DNA of 63,969 nucleotides, filler included, from Folioceros fuciformis (lineage: Eukaryota): assembly GCA_049999805.1 (NCBI GenBank). It is 9 parts of 9 records of this genome, joined end to end, with 100 filler letters (N's around TTAATTAATTAA, not from the genome) between each part and the next. Parts side by side here need not be neighbours in the genome. Positions count along the whole stretch, not along the records: positions 3,793 to 21,665 come from JBNGIO010001426.1; positions 21,766 to 23,847 come from JBNGIO010001427.1; positions 23,948 to 30,111 come from JBNGIO010001429.1; 6 more parts are not named here. One strand, written 5' to 3'. A model generated the notes under the pieces. The model was not told where the DNA came from and ran no database searches. It saw only the letters and a list, made by a program, of their open reading frames with translations. Shown here one piece after another: positions 15,766-28,095 of the stretch. Each line of letters starts with the position of its first letter. The stretch's first letter is position 1. Made by a program: the position numbers and the translations under genes.

Positions 15766-17484
15766 GGCTGTGCTAGCAGCGCCAGGGGAGGCGCTCCATC
15801 AAGTCGGCTGCATGCGACAAATGGGTGGAGTGCAGGCAAGGGCAGAGCCGGGAGCGCAACTTGGGGTGCAATGAATGTGAAGCACAAGGGGAGGAAGGGG
15901 GAGGAGAGGAGAGGAAGGAGGAAAGCCAGGAAGAGGGAGGAAAGCCAGGAAGAGGGAGGAAAGCAAGGCAAGGGGGGAAGAAGGAACCAACAGGCACTGG
16001 CAGGCAGCCAGCCGAGTCCAGCAAGCACAGCCAGCAAGCAGCGAGCTAGCAACACATAGTCACACCAGATCTTACCATTCAGACACACAAGAGTTCCCAG
16101 TGTGTGATTGATTGGCTAGGGACTTCCTTCATACCTATGAACGGCGCATGGGCAGATACGTATGGTGCGGTGTACTATGTGGGTCGGCGTATGTATTAGA
16201 CATATAACGGATGTACGGAGAAAAGCAGCGGTTTTGAGACATACGGTGTGTCTCGACAGGGCAGACCACGCTAAACGCAACGTCGGGTTGCACAGTTGCA
16301 GCAACACAATTTGTTGTTTGCAATTACGGACAAAGGGGGAAGGAAAGGAAAGACAAGGGGGGAGAAAAAAGGACAGAAACAGAAAGAGGATATCAAAGGA
16401 ACGGAAAGAAACTAACTACATGTAGCTAACTACATACCCACTAAACTCTAGAAGTATATCCTGTACTCCCATATTTCACAACAGAATGTTCCAGGACTTG
16501 GCTCTGCGGCTCATGCTGCTACTGCCCCCGCTGCTGCTGTTGCTGCCACTGCCGCTGCTCCTGCGACTACTCCTGCTGCCGCCATGCCAGCACACCAGGA
16601 ATGCATCCTCCAATTACTCTTGTGTGCACTTTTGGCCTCCTACGTCGCTATTTGCCCCACCGAGCGCCGCCTCTCAAGTGGTCCTTGCACTCTACCGCAA
16701 CCCCTTTTTCACCCTTCCGCCATTCCGGTGAGAAAGGAGAAGAGGAAGGAAGAACGAAGGAGAGTGCACGAGACACGAGTGCAAAGGAAATCAGCTTAGC
16801 TTAGTCTTCTCACTTGGCTCCGCCACAGCCCAGCCTCAGGACAGGCCCAAACATCCACCACTCCAGTAAAGGAGGCTCTACTAGCCAACCGTGGGAAGTA
16901 GCTATTTACAACAGCCTGCAGCTAGAGCAACTTTCGACAGGGCCAAGCACTACATTATTAGTCTCATGGAACGAGTATTACCCCAAGCGGGTCCATTCCT
17001 TTGCCATGCCCAGTTCCCTGGAAAATCCACCAGGCCACCATATGGCCTCATGGAAGGAAGGACACAAGGAAGGACGGAGGCGCCGAGGCAAGGAAGGACG
17101 GAGGCCAGGAAGCAAGGGACTACAGAGAGCAAGGAGTTGCTTTGCTTCCAGCCTATTTGGTTCCCAGGTAACCAAGAAGTGCCGCCTTATTAACCGGACC
17201 CAGTCTTCTTCCTCAATCCTCTTCCGGAACATCCCCCACATAGCTTCTCTGTGCACTGCACAAATATGCCCGTTGCTGACGATCCAGTATGCCCTTATGC
17301 CACCATGCCTGCTCTTAACAATTAAGAACCAAGACTCCTGAACTAAATCTGAAATGTGGTATATCCATGTCAGCTGCTTGAAGGGCCATGCAGGAAATCC
17401 TGGACATATCAGGTGGAAAAAGTTCCGTACTCAAAAACAAATAAAACAGCCGCCACATACAATACTGCACGCACCATTCTCCCG

Positions 17485-20400
17485 TCAATGCTCCATAGAT
17501 CCTGCCGCCGTGGGTGCTGAGGCACCCTGGTTCCTACTGTCCTGCTGTCGTGCAACACAGTCTTCAGAGGAGCTACTAGTTTGCCGTGGCACTGGCGGAA
17601 CAGGAGTCAGCAGATCCAATCCATCCTGTCGCATCTGTTGGACTTCTGGTGGTGATAATATCCGAATAGACCTCACACAGCTGACAAACTCACTGCCATC
17701 GCCACAAACAGTAAGGAACAATAAATCTAGGGCCCAAAAGCCATGTAAATAACCTCCAAATTCGCAAGGCAAACACAGGGCTTCATTTGGAGCACAAACA
17801 AATTAGAAGTCACAATACAGAGTGGGGATATGGTTGTGCAGGTAACATACTCCCAAGGATCATCTCCAACAAGAAGTATGTCGCCTTCATTGTCCACAAA
17901 AACCAGTACCCAACCAGACTGCGCAGAATCTTCAAGCTGACCTTCCATCCCAAACATGCGAGAAAGCTCGCTCCGAAGCTCAGGGTAGCCACTGAATCGT
18001 GTCATATCCAGAGACCTTCCAACAGATCCAAGCTTCACCACCTGATACAAGGCACTTTTAGAAAACACCTCAAAGTTAACAGTTGAGACTACACGGGTCA
18101 AGAATAAAATCCTGACCTTTGTAAATGTTCTGACAGGGGGCTGCACTTGAGGCCAGTTTGCAGCCCGCTGTAGTAGACTGCCTTCATCCATCCCAGAACT
18201 GCAGATCAGCCCAGCAGGAAGATCCGGTCCGGAAGCGGAAGGGTACGTCCCAGGTAGCATATTCGCCCCAGAGTACCTGTGCAGCGGCGTTCTTGAGGAT
18301 CCAGGGTTGGTCCCAAGTAAACCTGGCTCAATGGAAACTCCAAAGAGCAAGTGGCTCCTGGGATCCGGGGTTACTTGCTCTTGATCTTGAGGAGTTTCTC
18401 TGTAACCAAACGATGTTGAAGGTAACATCGGCAATGAAGCCAGGGCGGCCTGGGCAGACGACTCACCCTGAGCCATGGTAAAAGGGCCGACACCACCTGC
18501 GGACGTGTCTATTCTCGGAAGACGAGAGCTTAGACCCTGTGCTTCTCCTTGGTTGTGCTCCCTCAGAGCTGCAAACCAAGAAGGAGTGACCTGTGGATCT
18601 CGAGACACAAGGCCTGATCCTGAGATAAGCCCAGTTGGTTGTTGCAGTGGGCTCTGATTGGATCGCAACAAACTTGCATACTGTGTACCCTCGTCAGCTG
18701 GAAGTAATGAGCCTGGCTGTAATCTGCCCAGCATGCTAGGCAACGAATAAGGACTTGAAGTTGTAGGTGCTGATGAAAGCTGCAAATCAGAATCTGAGAA
18801 GCCAGCAGGTGTCCTCATAGTGGGCAAAGCAAGTGGTGACTGAGGCCTACTCGAAGAAAGCTGTAGTAGCGGTGCAGTAGGATCCGCTAGCTGCTGCATG
18901 GGTTGGTGTTGCTGCTGCTGTGACTGCTGATGATGCTGCTGTTGTTGCTGCTGTTGCTGCTGCTGCTGAAGATGTGGAGATTGTATTCTGAAATGCAACG
19001 GCTGATTTTGAAGGACCTGTTGAGGCTGCCGATGAATTATCTTGGTCGCAGCTATAGTATCTTGAAGCGCAGATGCGGCTAGCGCTTTGTAGTTGTCAGA
19101 CAGTGGCACCGGCACTGATTCACCCCGCTGGTGCATCCGTGCCCAGTGATCCCCCATAGTTCCCATAGCTCGAAAGTTCAAACTCCGCAGGCCATCCCTA
19201 TCCCCACCATCTTCATTCCGAAGCCATATTGGGGACCTCCTCAAGACTCCATCCATGTCCTCGTCCTCCCCTATAACACAACATGAAAAGGCAGCTGATA
19301 AAATCTAGTTCAGAGATCCGCACACACGCCCCCACACCAGTATGAAACTCTCACTGACATATAACGCACATTGTGTTCTGGCGTAATCAAGCACAAGCAT
19401 TGGTGGCACTATGGCATCAACGCGTGTCCTTTTTTTTGAGTTACACAAAATGCAGACCGGAGACACGGGGAGTACCATTCAGTCCAGAAAGACCCTGACC
19501 TCGTGAAGGTCGACGCTTGGGTCTAACGGGCAAATTTGCTGGTGGTTGGCAAATCATGAAGGGTGTCGTCAGGGGTTCAATTTCCCATGCCGAAACCCGT
19601 GGCTGCCGGTCACCTGCAGTAGACTCGTCCCAACCAACCTGCAATATTATGGATTGACCACTCGGACATGAGACATTTCCCAATTGATGTGCACGGCAAA
19701 AGCCCAAGCATGAAATGCCAGCACAGACCCCAGTATGGAAACTAGGTCCAGTTGCCCACACCAAAAATGGAACCGGAAATCCGGAAATAATCTTTACCTT
19801 CAAGGCTCGCCACATGGAATCCGGCCACCTTACAGGGTCCAGGTCCCCGATGCCAGTAATCGTCCCCATGTGTCTGCAGGACAGGACATCATTGTAAGAA
19901 AAATTAGATGGCCTTAACGGATGTGCATGCAGGTATTCACGGTCGGATATATATATATACCTTCTCACATTAGAATCCTCCGTCTCAAAAACCATGCGAA
20001 ATCGCATGCCAACAGACAGTTGCATCTCATGAGCAGCTTTTTGGTACTTTGCAAAGGGTATCACAAACTCCGAGGGACTCGCCCTATACAGCACAGATGT
20101 TAACAATGTCAGTTCCTACAGCAACCAGCTTCTCAACTTTCAGAGACATGAAGTTAAGGGAGCAAAATGGTGACGTCTGACCGTGGATTGTAAAATACAG
20201 TGAAACGACTGTTTGTTGCAGCAGCATGAGCCGCCGCACCAAGCACCCCGATATGCATGCTGTCACTGGAGAGGACAGATGACGGTATGGGCGCCTGCTG
20301 CCTATTGGCACGCCTGATGCCCAGCAACAATTGGCCCTTTTCATCCCTGTAACCAAAGGCCAGAGGTCATCACAAATGCGAAAACAAATGAAAAACAAAG

Positions 20401-21605
20401 AGGAAAACCCATTGGACCAACGTTTGCACTTTGCTGGTCACTGGGAGATAGACACCTGATAAAAAGGACGGCATCGCCTGATTGCAATCGCTTAGCGCTC
20501 ACGAAAACACTCCACCCTGTGGTAAGGAGATGCCTGCGCGGCTGGCCTGAAAATGAACCAGACGCCTCAGCAAACAGGACAACCATCGGACATATGGAAG
20601 TTTAGGGTGGGGGGACATCCGGCACACTATACCTCGGTATATATGACGGAAATGCCATTCCTGATCGTGAAGATCTCTGGCCACAAGCTCCTGAGCAGGA
20701 GGTGCTTGAGTGTAATCCTAACCAACAAGACAAAGAAATGATAAGATTTGAAGGCTACTCGTATAGCACGTAGTTTGTAGCACACAAACAAGAGTAGACA
20801 TACCAGTGGAGGGAAAACTTTTTCTGCAGACTTCCTTGGGATGGAAAAGCCACCATGAGTGCTCGTGTCACTGGCCGTCAAGGTCTTGCAGAAAAAGTCT
20901 GTGGGCTGTCTATTCGGCTTTCCCAAATCGGTGATCACGAGAGGGGGCTCTTTCTCCTGCAGCTGAAGCAGTCGGCGGTGGACAAGCGAGGTGCAGTGAG
21001 GACCGACACGCACTTCCAACCCACAGCTACAATGCGACACGATGGCAAAGAACGGAAAGGAGTTGACTCGAATTACCCCGGTCAAAGGTTGCAAAGTCAT
21101 CTGAGCATACACCTCGTCGGTCTCCGTATCTGCCTGCAAACGTTGTACAACACGGCTGGTAAGCACAAGGCACACCTTCACCAGCACAGGCTGGAACGGC
21201 AGCAGCGAGAGTGAAGGGCACTGGGGCTGGGGGCTCCTTACATGGAGGGTGACATTATGAAGTTGGCAAGTGAGGCAGGAACGCAAGTTGGGGTTGGGGT
21301 AGTTCAAGGCATTTGCATCGCTTTCCTTCTGAGTCGACGCGGCTACCTGCAGGCCAGCAAAGCATTGGCTTGAGCGACAGGCAGCAGCAGCATCGTGAGA
21401 GCAGCACAGGTAGAAGGTGCAAAGCAACGGCATGGGCAGCGACCCTAGTTGGAGCAAAAGCCGTGAGCCTGGCACCATGCGCATTACCATACCTGTTCCG
21501 TGTGGCCTTGTGGGAAGTAGACGACGGAAGTCCCGACTGCAGGTAGCGATACCAAAGGGCCAGCACAAGCGTGCCAGAGCTCCGGGTTCAGGCTCCGTCG
21601 CTCCC
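17485..21605 (-). CDS. ARF: Auxin response factor, class A (activator type); first exon lost at contig end
   Basis: [28 protein letters not shown] (B3), [25 protein letters not shown]-rich middle region, and PB1 domain (RTFTKV...[19 protein letters not shown]). Confidence 0.96.
18895..18968 (-). repeat. CAG/CAA repeat encoding the ARF polyQ tract
   Basis: (TGC/TGT)n on the plus strand, encoding [20 protein letters not shown]. Confidence 0.9.
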
Positions 21606-21665
21606 CTGTCACAAGAGCAAGGACTTGCATCATGAGCGCACGTGGCCAGAGGATGGCACGTCACC

Positions 21666-21765
21666 NNNNNNNNNNNNNNNNNNNNNNNNNNNNNNNNNNN
21701 NNNNNNNNNTTAATTAATTAANNNNNNNNNNNNNNNNNNNNNNNNNNNNNNNNNNNNNNNNNNNN
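21666..21765. other. Artificial contig spacer
   Basis: N44-TTAATTAATTAA-N44. Confidence 0.99.
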
Positions 21766-22055
21766 GCAGCAGGGTATTGGTGGCCAACAATGCATGCTGA
21801 TGCTGGAGAATTCATCAAGAGGTGTGATGCATGCCAAAGGGTGGGGAAGCCTACTAGGACCACACAATGGCCATTGGTCCCCATCCTAGCCCTAGCACCA
21901 TTTGAGAAGTGGGGGATTGATTTTGTAGGACCAATTCAGCCCAAGTTCAAGGGAAGGCAGAACCAATACATCTTGGTGGCAACTGACTATTGCACACGCA
22001 TGGTGGAGGCCCAAGCTTTGCCCGTGGACACAACAAATGTGGTGGCCCGATTTTT
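21766..22055 (+). mobile_element. Ty3/gypsy integrase fragment
   Basis: GYWWPTMHADA...CDACQR (zinc-binding) and PFEKWGIDFVGP...ILVATDYCT (core start). Interrupted by an LTR. Confidence 0.9.
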
Positions 22056-23801
22056 TGTCACAGTTGTTATACGTCATCCATAGAATACGCATGATAGTTA
22101 AGTTACACTCGCTTAGGTTATGTACGCACACATTGACTAAGTGACTTTTTGCAATTAGAGTTTTTAGACAAATACACATGAGACCCTTTTTATTCATTAA
22201 TTAATTCAACCAGTTTTGCTTTACACACGGCTTGCTCCCGCTGCCTATGTTCCATCGTGATTATACACATGGTATCAGAGCACAGATGCTCTACATCTTA
22301 GTAATCTCCATGCACAATGCCTAGATGGGGAGTGTCTGCTAGGGATGCACAGTTTGTAGGTACAAGCGTTCGTGGTCGCTGTGGAAGGCAACTATCCAGG
22401 CCCACACAGCACATACCCACAGAAACTGTGCTTGACCTTTATGAGCAGAACTACCCTGAAATCTATCTTAGGCAATTGGCAAAAAGACACTCTGGTGGAA
22501 GACGAACAACTTGCTCATCAAGTAAAAATCAAAAAGTTGATACACTATATAGAGCACATTGTCGACAAAGAGGACAAAATCCCAATTTGTGCTACAATTC
22601 TAGGGAGCTACCCCTTGTCGAATTACTCTTCCGCCCAAGAGCTGCAACAAAACAACGTGATTGGAATTCTGAAAGGAGGAATTGCTCACACACAATTCAG
22701 AGCACACAAGGCACTACAGACAGTACCTTCGCTGCCGTAACCCGTGTGGAGAAGACGTTGTCCTTGTTGCTGTACAAACAGGAGGTACTGAAGAGCAGAG
22801 TCGACGAGCTACGACCAGAATTGACAACACCTGACCAAATCCCTTGGATTCTTGAGGCAAAATTGCAGATCGCATAGAGACTGAGGCCTGATTTTTTCCG
22901 CTGCGCAAGGCAAGAGAGAGCGCCCAGCGTAGGTGCGAGAGGCTGACCGGATCTGAAGCGTCGTATTTCAGCCGGTGCCTCTTCACCACATTGTCCATCC
23001 TGTGTGCTAATAGGTTCTTTTGTAGCGTTGCATCTGTTCACAGGGAACAGGCATGACAGTTAGGTCAAGAAATTGAAACGCTGTTACTTTTCATTTATTT
23101 TGAAACTAACCTCCATGACTTTTAGGCTAACCAAGTAAGCTACTTAGAAGAATTTGATGAGGAGGTTAGCAAGAGAAGGCTAGGATAAGACATTATCTCT
23201 TCCTCCTCCTACTACCCCCCCCCCCCACCAAGTCTTCCCTGCAATTGTGGTCAGATTCATGTTTAGGAAAACAATAGGGAGCTAACCATCATCTGTGCCG
23301 GACATTGCAGCCTTACTAGGACTATCGTATCTACATACCCTGTTAGATTTGCATGTCCACTGCACTTGTTGATGCATTAGCTCACCAGTTTCAGAAACTT
23401 AATTTGAAACCCAAGCCTGTAATCATGTCTGGACCAACATTTACCTCTAAACTGAAAGATAAAGATCATTTCAATGGAAACAAATACCCTATCTGGCGTG
23501 TTCACATAAAGGCAATCCTGTTAGCTCGTTGTGTTTGGAACATAGTAGATGGAACGTACGCCAAGCCAAGCCCTGCTGCCACAGGAGTAGACAAGCCAAC
23601 AGCAGATGAGATCGCCAAGTGGGATCTGCACAACAGCATTGCTGTTGCACTTCTCATAAATGGCCTTGATGTTGATCTCGTGCCGGATGTGGAGCACTTA
23701 ACAGATGCCTCTGAGATCTGGAGTCAACTCGAAAGAACATACAAGAGTCAGAACATGATGAGTTTGTGTGCTATTCAAACGGAGCTGTACACACTCAAGA
23801 T
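22056..23801 (+). mobile_element. 5' part of a copia element: LTR (~22056/22065-22269), PBS (22270-22281), extra ORF (22317-22877), gag (23353-23801)
   Basis: Perfect TGGTATCAGAGC after ...ACA. Gag reads DHFNGNKYPIWRVHIKAILLARCVWNIVDG...ASEIWSQLERTY. Confidence 0.85.
22317..22877 (+). CDS. Retroelement-borne ORF of unknown function upstream of gag (186 aa)
   Basis: Open ATG ORF 35 nt after the PBS. C-terminal VEKTLSLLLYKQEVLKSRVD resembles LEGTLNAVIQRQESFSKRLD in 62201-62743. Confidence 0.55.
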   Translation: MPRWGVSARDAQFVGTSVRGRCGRQLSRPTQHIPTETVLDLYEQNYPEIYLRQLAKRHSGGRRTTCSSSKNQKVDTLYRAHCRQRGQNPNLCYNSRELPLVELLFRPRAATKQRDWNSERRNCSHTIQSTQGTTDSTFAAVTRVEKTLSLLLYKQEVLKSRVDELRPELTTPDQIPWILEAKLQIA

Positions 23802-23847
23802 TGTTGAGTTATCGAGCTCTATATGAGCTAAACTCATGTGGTGTTAG
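23802..23847 (+). mobile_element. Start of an LTR nested inside gag
   Basis: Identical to 784-829. Confidence 0.9.
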
Positions 23848-23947
23848 NNNNNNNNNNNNNNNNNNNNNNNNNNNNNNNNNNNNNNNNNNNNTTAATTAAT
23901 TAANNNNNNNNNNNNNNNNNNNNNNNNNNNNNNNNNNNNNNNNNNNN
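23848..23947. other. Artificial contig spacer
   Basis: N44-TTAATTAATTAA-N44. Confidence 0.99.
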
Positions 23948-25484
23948 GCATCCCGCTCCCTCCCCTTGGCCCCTAATCTAATGTTTTAGGGACCGTATAC
24001 GGTTCGTATACGGATGCACACACCCCCTCTTTGTATTTTATACAATTTAGATACGTATTTATTATGTATTGATACTTATACCATATATGTATCCCCATAT
24101 TTCTTTTCTTTTTATTTTCCTAATTTCCCTTTTTCTATTTTCACCCCTATTTTCTGGATTTAATTCCAGAAATTCCAATTCGACTCTATTTCACCTGCTT
24201 CCTTCTCCTCCTAGTTCAGGGCCTATTCTAGCACCCTAGGGTTAGTCTTCCATGGCCGAGGAACCATTTTGGCTAGAAGCTGATTCCGCTGAATAAGCTA
24301 CCGTTTTCAGGCTAGATTCCGGCTGCTGATCCCACTCCTTCTCACCTCTTCTTTATCTTTCCCATTGCTCATACTCCTCCCTTGGAAGTTGGCTCAGCCA
24401 CCAAGGGTGAACAGTTGTAGGGGAAGACTTAGTGGGCGGCCATCCAACAAGGAAGAGGCGGCGTCCGCAGATCTTTGAAGATCAGACATCCTCCGAAGTC
24501 TCAGGATAGTCTAAGAGGCGGTAGGTCCTTGTGGTGGTAGGGCCAACTCATTGGTGGCAAGATGTGCTAGAAGTCTAAATAAGTGGCTGGTGACAACCAG
24601 CTAGGCTAGTGGTCCTATTAAAATAATATTTGTCAAGTTAAAGAGAGGTGAAGTCAGAGAGAGAGAGGCTCCTATAAGATCAGGTGAGCCTGTAGGAGGA
24701 GGTAGTCATTCACTTTGGGAGTCAGTCTGTCACTTCGTGAGCTCTTGGAGGTACTCTCTACATGAGCTCTTATGGTCTGTCCCTGCTTGGTTTAGGACCT
24801 ACAGTGTGTTGCCAGCTGTGCAACGTCTGGTAGGATCGCAAGCCGCGTGTTGCCGGTTGTACAGTGTCTAGTAGGATCACAAGGTGTAATGACCAGGGTG
24901 AAGGGGCTTGCCCCTAGCTCTTGATTGTAAAGGATGTGTCTTTCTCTTGACCTGTCCACTCTTGTTCCCTGTTTGGACAAGTGCTATAGGCCGGCCATGT
25001 TTCATGGCGTCTGGTAAGGTTGTGGGGAGGAGATATCCGAGAGGGGAGTGTGTTCCCTTCTTTTTTTTCTTTGGGGTTAGTCCAGTGACTCTTGCCGAGT
25101 AGGAGGAGTTAGTAGGGAAGTGTAGAAGGTAGTGGTGTCGTTGTTGGTTGCTGGTGTTGGTGTTAGAGCGAGAGAGTGAGTGAGTGAGTGAGTGAGGGAA
25201 GTCGCAGATCTAAGAGGTCAGGGTCGTTGTAGTGACTGGAGTGAGTTTGTGGGCACCAAGAGAGGTGCAGCTGACTGCTGGACAGCAAGGCCTGTCCTAC
25301 GCTTGATTGGAGATGGAGGGGAGCCCTCGAATCCATCATTGAGTCGATTGAGTCCGACCCTCCATCCAGAACAGCAAGGAACCCCATCGCTCCTTCGTGG
25401 GAACGGAACCCAATGTCTCAACGACAGTGGGATAAGTGTGGCCACTAAAGGTGGAACCCGTCGGCAATAAGTGCCCGGGGTTTT

Positions 25485-25636
25485 GCCTCCACAGGGGTAT
25501 AAATACTCCTTGAGCTCCCTTGCAATATAGAGTGAGATTGGCAGAGACTCTGTGTGAGAGTGTAACCTCTCTTTCTCCTCTCCTCCTTGCTTCCTCCTCT
25601 CCTCCTTCACCATGTGGCTCCTCTAGCGATCCTTCA
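25485..25636 (+). mobile_element. 3' part of an LTR related to 4949-5283, abutting copia integrase (5' boundary undefined)
   Basis: GGGTATAAATAC...GAGCTCCCTTGCAA...CCTTCACCATGTGG...GATCCTTCA shared with the LTRs at 4949 and 56515. Confidence 0.75.
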
Positions 25637-26440
25637 AGGTGTATGGGATTGGAGTTGTCTAATAATTTCATGTGCCTCAAACAAAACATCATACTTGCCT
25701 CCAATGAATTCACCACCATTGTCAATGTGAAAGCATTTCACAAGATTGCCTGTTTGTCTTTGTGCCATAGAAATCCAGGATTCAAGACACTCAAAAACAT
25801 CACTTTTTAGCCTAAGTGGATAGACCCATGCAAATATGGAGTGGTCATTTGTTAAGGTGAGATAGTACTCAGCTCTCCCTAAAGACTTGACCTGAAGTTT
25901 TCCAACAATGTCAGCGTGAACTAATTCCAATATAGGCTGTGCCCTTTATGCCTGCTTGTTCTTAAAGGGAAGTTCCTTTTGTTTTGACAAGACATATGAA
26001 GAGCAAACTGGTAGGTGCTTAAAGCATGAAGGGAGTTTTTCCCTAAAACAGTCTAGAGAAGACATCAAATTCAGTTTCTCTCTGTTCACATGCCCAAGCC
26101 TAGCATGCCACAAATTAGCCTTAGCTACTCTTGATGTAACATAGGCCTCAGCTACAGGTGCTGAAATGTTAAGTTAGTAGAGATTGCTCACAAGCTGACA
26201 CTTGGCAATGCAAATTCTAGGTGTAAGTAGATCATAAGCAGCAATAGCTAAGCTTAAAGGTGAAACCATATCTCCCCGATTGAGTTGTTGCACTGACTGA
26301 TAAAAGGTTTTTGGACATGGTAGGGACAAACAAGACATCTTCCAGCAAGATTGCAAACCCATCAAATAAGGTAATGGACACTGAAACTAATCCCTTAACA
26401 TCTACACCTCTAGAGTCCCTCACAAAAACTAACTATGGAG
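25637..26440 (-). mobile_element. Degenerate copia pol (protease end, pre-integrase, integrase core)
   Basis: LEDVLFVPTMSKNLLSVS, LWHARLGHVN, ELVHADIVG...YYLTLTNDHSIFAWVYPLRLKSDVF...DNGGEF. Confidence 0.9.
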
Positions 26441-26922
26441 ACGTGGAACCTATCTTTCTCTTTGAATTCCCCAGAGTAGGAGGACCCAACAAAGGTAGAC
26501 GTAACCGTACCTCTAGTGGTACCCATTGAGGGAATGACACCTGTATGAGGGACGAATCCAAGGAATTGTGCGTTCAAAGACTATAGGGAGGCTGACTCAG
26601 TATTGACATCTTCATTAATGTTACTTTCTCAGTCTCAAAAAAGCTCACTTAAGCCAAACGACATAAGTGGCTACGAAACAACATGAACGGGTAAGTGCCG
26701 TTTTGAGAACTTTAGGTGTGACAATATTAGGGTTTCCCAGAGATGTAATGCACTGCCATTTGTCATGAGCAGGTGCATGTGAAAGGACAAAACCCAACAT
26801 GTGGCAGGAGGCACCGAACGTCAACTTAAGTGGTAGTGCTGGTTGAGATCCAGCTACAGGCCACGACGACACGCGTCTCGTAGTCCTGCACCGTGTCTCC
26901 ACCACCGCGCACTTGCGCCTGT

Positions 26923-27923
26923 TCAAATCTTAGGGTTTGCCCGCTGCAATGCCTCCAAGCTTGCTCCCTCACGTGTGGGGCCAAGAGAATCAAGGTATAG
27001 AGCAACAAAGGGCAGAACAGCTAATGTGGGCGCAGGGGTGAGCAAGTCTATCGGTTGAGAGAACTTATTTACCAAATTAGCAACCTCAGTTGGGACAGAT
27101 TCCAAACTGGAAGTGATCTACCCAAGTCTAGATTGCGTCTGAACAAATTGACGAACCACGAGCACTTCGATACTGTCCAACTTCAGGCTAAGCCTTTTGA
27201 GTGCAAATGGTCTTTCTGAGAAATCAATTTGGTTTATCAATCTCGCGTCCTCTTCTACCTACACTGACCACAATTCTTCATCTTGTTGTGCCTCCAGAGG
27301 GTTTCGTCTATAATAATCTAGCTGCAAGTAGCTGTACCACTGATTTGAGAATGAAGAGTTCTGGAGATCACCCTCTCTACCTCTTGCCCCTCAATGTCCC
27401 ATGTCAAGGTGTCTATGATTAGATTGTTGTGCCGCCTGATCAGATAGTCAACCCTGGGAGCACAATCTGCCCTTGGTGAAATGAGAGAAGACCTGATAAA
27501 GTGTCTGCCTCCACTTCTAGGCATTTTAGTACAGAAGTTGCAGAATTGCCTATTTAGCATTCATTTACACCAGTTGCTACCAATATAAATGTAGAGTATT
27601 TGACATGTTGTGTGCAGGTTGGTGAGTCAGGAATCTCAGCATGATTCAACATTCCCTCAAGCAAATGTTGGATTGCGCTGAGACCTCTAACCTACTAGTT
27701 GCGCACAACATGCATTTACATGCCAAAGATTGTACAATGGAAGGCTCAGAGCATCAGGGCTCTTATACCATGCTAATAAATGTGGAAGCGTGCTAATACA
27801 AACAAACAAAATTAATTATGTAGAACAAGGAGTGTCTTAAATACAGAATTGTTTATGTCTATTGAGTTAACTAAGTAACCTAGGGTTACCTATAATAAAC
27901 TATGTTGGGTTAATACCCCAACA
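26923..27923 (-). mobile_element. LTR (27771-27923), PBS (27759-27770) and a degenerate post-PBS ORF
   Basis: Minus strand TGTTGGGG...TAGCA, then TGGTATAAGAGC-CCTGATGCTCT. Downstream MPRSGGR...CGQC...LESVPTEVANLVNKFSQ with stops and a frameshift. Confidence 0.7.
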
Positions 27924-28095
27924 AGTAGGCCATACCTTATAATTGAATGTGACATCTTAGGGGTGATAGGGAGTTATAGGCTAGATGGACGAGGGGGTTA
28001 AGCCCCCATTCTTGGATTTTCCCCATTGCAGGTTGTTCCCCTTGTCATGGGGTAGATGGAACTTCCATCTCGTTTTTTCTATATAGTCTTCAAGT
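27924..28095 (+). mobile_element. 3' end fragment of a CRE-like non-LTR element
   Basis: Encodes SRPYLIIECDILGVIGSY (cf. GRPFVVPHQEILGAIGSF at the end of ORF 41428-42120). 3' hairpin AGATGG-AACTT-CCATCT. Homologous to 33076-33240. Confidence 0.7.

Noticed and set aside
15773-17341. ORFs between the NDR start and the ARF stop
   Set aside because: No recognisable domains; purine-rich or low-complexity sequence typical of UTR and promoter regions.
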